This document shows, one piece after another, positions 60,599-64,000 of a stretch of DNA of 64,000 nucleotides (the stretch's first letter is position 1; each line of letters opens with the position of its first letter). Under the pieces are notes generated by a model that saw only the letters and a list, made by a program, of their open reading frames with translations, made no database searches and was not told the origin of the DNA. This DNA is from Fistulifera solaris. Lineage: Eukaryota. Location: positions 1,116,001 to 1,180,000 of the forward strand of contig AP026164.1 in NCBI GenBank assembly GCA_030295235.1, read 5' to 3'. Both the position numbers and the translations under genes were made by a program.

Positions 60599-61094
60599 GA
60601 TAAAGGATGAAATGATGAACAGGAATGTGATTTGAGTTGAACGAGAAATTACGCAAAAACGAAAATGTCGAGGGGACTCGATCGAACAAGACTGAATCGG
60701 AATTATCTGCCACACGGCATTCACTACTACATTGGTAGCAAGACTGGTTATGAGTACAAAAAATTGGCAACTGGCAGACAGATTCAGTTGTTGCCATTTC
60801 CGGATGTAGTGACTGCTCTAACAAACGTAGTCGCAGGACGAATGGAACATATAATTCACAATTCACAATCTGGCCCGAAAAGATCACGATTTATGAATGA
60901 AGTGGAGTCGCGCTTTGGGTCACGAGGCGAAAATAGTCTTTGAAATAATGTAACAATTTACTCGAAGTAACCTGATAACTTCTTCTGGAGAAAACAACAG
61001 AAAAAGAAAGAAAGAAGCTACTTAATTGACTTGCGGACCTATCGCATTAATGCATAAACTACCCGTCGTGTCAGTTGAATCATAAAAACAAAGC

Positions 61095-62668
61095 TTAGAA
61101 GCACTTTCGGTGCACAATGGAAGGACCAGACTCGTCGTACTCTTCCTTGCTGATCCACATGCTCTGGAAAGTAGAGAGAGACGCCAAAATGGAACCTCCG
61201 ATCCACACGGAGTATTTGCGCTCAGGAGGAGCCACAATCTTGACCTTAATCGAAGCAGGAGCCAAAGCAGTGATCTCCTTCGACATACGCTCGCTGATAC
61301 CAGGGAACATGGTGGTACCTCCGGAAAGAACAATGTTGGCGTACAAGTCTTTACGGATATCGACATCGCACTTCATGATGGTCTGGAAGGTGGAGTCGGC
61401 AATACCGTCCATTTCAAGACCCGTCAAGTTGGGCTGGAACAACACCTCCGGACAACGGAAGCGCTCGTTACCGATCACGATGATGTTACCATCGGGAAGC
61501 TCGAAGGACTTCTCAAGAGCAGAAGACTCGGCAGCCTTCTTCATCTCTTCCTCAAAGTCAACAGCAACGAAGCACAAGGACTCCTTGATATCACGCACGA
61601 TTTCTCGCTCGGCGGTGGTTGTGAGAGAGTAACCACGCTCGGTCAAGATCTTCATCAAGTAGTCAGTCAAGTCACGTCCGGCAAGATCCAAACGGATCAC
61701 GGCGTGGGGAAGAGCGTAGCCCTCGTAGATGGGAACGGTGTGGGTGACACCATCACCAGAGTCCAAAACGCAACCGGTGGTACGTCCAGAGGCGTAGAGC
61801 GACAAGACGGCCTGAATGTTCACATACATAGCGGGGACGTTGAATGTCTCGAACATGATCTGGGTCATACGTTCGCGGTTGGCCTTGGGGTTCTGAGGAG
61901 CCTCGGTCAACAGAACAGGGTGGGCCTCGGGGGCGACACGGAGCTCATTGTAGAAGGTGTGGTGCCAGATCTTCTCCATGTCATCCCAGTTGGTAACAAT
62001 ACCGTGCTCGATGGGGTATTTGAGCGTGAGAACACCTCGCTTGGCCTGGGCTTCGTCACCGACATAGGCATCACGTTGTTCCATACCAACCTACAAGCAA
62101 AGGAAAAGAAGAGGGTAGTGTTAGACGTAATGCAGAGGCAATACAGCTCTCGACCAAGTCAAATAATAGTCACCGTCGACGACTCACCATGATTCCAGGC
62201 TGACGGGCGCGACCGATCAAAGAAGGGAAAACGGAGCGAGGGGCGTCATCTCCGGCGAAACCGGCTATTAGAGGCAAATAAGAAGGTTAAGACGAAGAGA
62301 CGCAAGGTTAGAAAAAGGTTTGCAAGTTTGTACGACACTTTAGATAGTGAAATGACCGCGTCCTGCAAATGTCTTTTCCGCCGCTCGTCGACAGTCGACT
62401 TGTTCCGTCTTTCTCGATGGAAAAAGGTGACAAATGACAGCAGCAGATCATTCCTGTCAACACAAGTTGACAGATGAAGGCTTATCGAGCCAAGTCTTCA
62501 CCCTTGATACATTGCGATGGCATAGACAAGCCACCAGTCACCCAAAGACGGCACAGACAAGCAACAGGTCGCAATTCGAAAAGCGACTTCGGCCGCTTTT
62601 GCCTTACCTTTGCACATTCCGGAACCGTTGTCAACGACAAGGGCGGCAATATCTTCGTCATCAGCCAT
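61095..62668 (-). CDS. ACT1: Actin
   Basis: Exons 62608-62668 ([20 protein letters not shown]), 62188-62264 ([15 protein letters not shown]..) and 61095-62090 (..[10 protein letters not shown]); canonical GT-AG introns. Confidence 0.98.
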
Positions 62669-63235
62669 GGTGAGATTTTAAAGTTTTGCTTGCAAAGAGG
62701 GGGAGGTCGTGCTGTTGAGCTTCTTTTTATGGACATGAAGTGCGGCGATGCTTTTTGTCGAAGGATCGATGCGCGGCCAAAGTCACCGGACCGAAGATCC
62801 AAGACGCTCGCCCCGTTTCCACTTTTTCATTCATACTCCGAAGATTTTGATCATTGCAATGACCCTGCTGGCGGCCTCTACAATGACCGTTATATTTCGA
62901 CGGTCCCTCCACGTAGGCACTCCACGCAGCGATCCAATCAAATAATGCGACCGCGCACGCACGACAGATGAACAGACGAGTCACTTGGGTTTTTTGGCTC
63001 GTGTCTTGCTTCTGTCTTGGACGCAAATGACCGATGTTCGGCCTCATTTTTTGGACGAAACGAAAGACACCGTAAAGACCTTCCACGATAAATGTAAATG
63101 AAAGATAATGAAAAAACTGCTACAAAGTTGACAAGATGCTTTGTGTCGCGTCCTCATTCTTCTTCTTGAGATGAGATGAAGTGCAAAAGAAGCTATCACA
63201 AGCCTCGTTCAAATTGTATGGCGGAGCGGTCGCTA

Positions 63236-63265
<30 letters not shown>
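63236..63265. repeat. (ACG)10 microsatellite
   Basis: Seen directly upstream of actin. Confidence 0.9.
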
Positions 63266-63266
<1 letters not shown>

Positions 63267-63664
63267 ACGATAGTTGCTTGGCCAGCAACCTTACATCTAC
63301 TTCCGCTGCGGAAGTTAATTTTAATAACTGAATTACCGCTTGTCTTCAAAGCGCTGAGAAAGTCGCTGGACTAAATTCGCGTCTCGTTTCAATTTATTTT
63401 TGAAGAATACGCCCGCTGTCGTCAGTGTTGCAAATAACCCGGTCGACATAGTCGACATACGCAATTTTCGACGAGACAATGTCAAGACAGCAATCAACCA
63501 GCAACGATATTGTACAATCAATCAACACTTTCTTATGCACAAGAGAGGTGTAATGACACTTGTTGATCGGGTTAAGTGAAACTCGGTCGGAGTGAAAATC
63601 TTATTGAGGGTGGTGTTTTCTATACTGGAACATGCAAATCAGTGCTATATTATTGATTTCATGT

Positions 63665-64000
63665 CTAATTTATGGAGCTCTCTCCGCTCCCACAAGATGC
63701 AATTAAGCTAGCAGCCTGCTGCTTTGTCAAGGGAATCCAAACTTCGTTTCGACGAAACATGGGCAAAGTGAAAGGCGGGTTGTAGCCCCAAAACTGATAC
63801 GATTGAAGCACATATTCTTCCGAAAGATCGACACCGTCCTCGCGGAGCTGTTGGCGCAACTCAATGGCCCATTTTTTGCACAGATCTTGGTCGTACGATC
63901 CTGTGTATTGCTTCACGGCACCAACCGACGGCGGAATTTCTTTCAAGAAAACTGTTGCATCCGTCGGTTTCGGGGCTTTCTCTAATGAATCGTACTTGGC
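63665..64000 (-). CDS. SOUL heme-binding protein, C-terminal part (gene runs beyond the window)
   Basis: AVKQYTG and WGYNPPFTLPMFRRNEVWIPL. Confidence 0.8.
   Translation of the reverse strand, partial: AKYDSLEKAPKPTDATVFLKEIPPSVGAVKQYTGSYDQDLCKKWAIELRQQLREDGVDLSEEYVLQSYQFWGYNPPFTLPMFRRNEVWIPLTKQQAASLIASCGSGESSIN

Larger units (their letters stand above)
58827..60818. mobile_element. Non-autonomous (internally deleted) PIF/Harbinger DNA transposon
   Basis: TAA at 58824-58826 and 60819-60821. TIRs GAGCATTCACTATA (58827-58840) and TGTAGTGACTGCTC (60805-60818) are 12/14 complementary. Contains convergent transposase and NAM-associated remnants. Confidence 0.8.

Noticed and set aside
61110..62192. 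360-aa ORF antisense to actin
   Set aside because: Shadow ORF produced by the strong codon bias of actin; no independent motif.
1..64000. Programmed frameshifting or a non-standard genetic code as explanation for split ORFs
   Set aside because: The breaks are mostly one-base losses in diverse homopolymers with no shared slippery signal; actin and PP4c read normally in the standard code.
1..64000. tRNA, rRNA or prokaryotic operon/defence system
   Set aside because: None recognisable by eye; a tRNAscan-SE or Infernal run would be needed to exclude small RNAs.

Overview
Gene-dense nuclear DNA from a eukaryote with a red-derived complex plastid, most likely a pennate diatom. The evidence is short GT-AG introns, ASAFAP-type bipartite plastid presequences and diatom-type gene families. 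About 34 protein-coding loci can be reconstructed, including a USP32-like deubiquitinase, an OTU protein, an F-box/MSP/membrane protein, PP4c, dymeclin, Tim17/22, NMD3, plastid GSII, proteasome beta6, uL24m, a papain-family protease, ORC3-like, DYRK1, actin and a partial SOUL gene. There is also a decayed MYND-finger pseudogene. A transposon island at about 58.2-60.8 kb holds a 5'-truncated non-LTR retroelement and an internally deleted PIF/Harbinger element with TAA target duplications and 14-bp TIRs. Many genes are broken by single-base losses in homopolymers, most likely sequencing error, so the supplied ORF track fragments them. The best candidate for an undescribed system is a signal-peptide OTU protease carrying its own RLRGG motif, together with a signal-peptide lipase-like protein with LRGG in its presequence and a signal-peptide proteasome beta6, which suggests ubiquitin-like LRGG processing in the periplastid compartment. 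Other points of interest are degenerate enzymes (a radical SAM lacking its Cys triad, an SGNH lacking its Ser, a stand-alone P-type ATPase actuator domain) and recurrent intergenic motifs. All calls are by eye with no searches run, and some boundaries are approximate.
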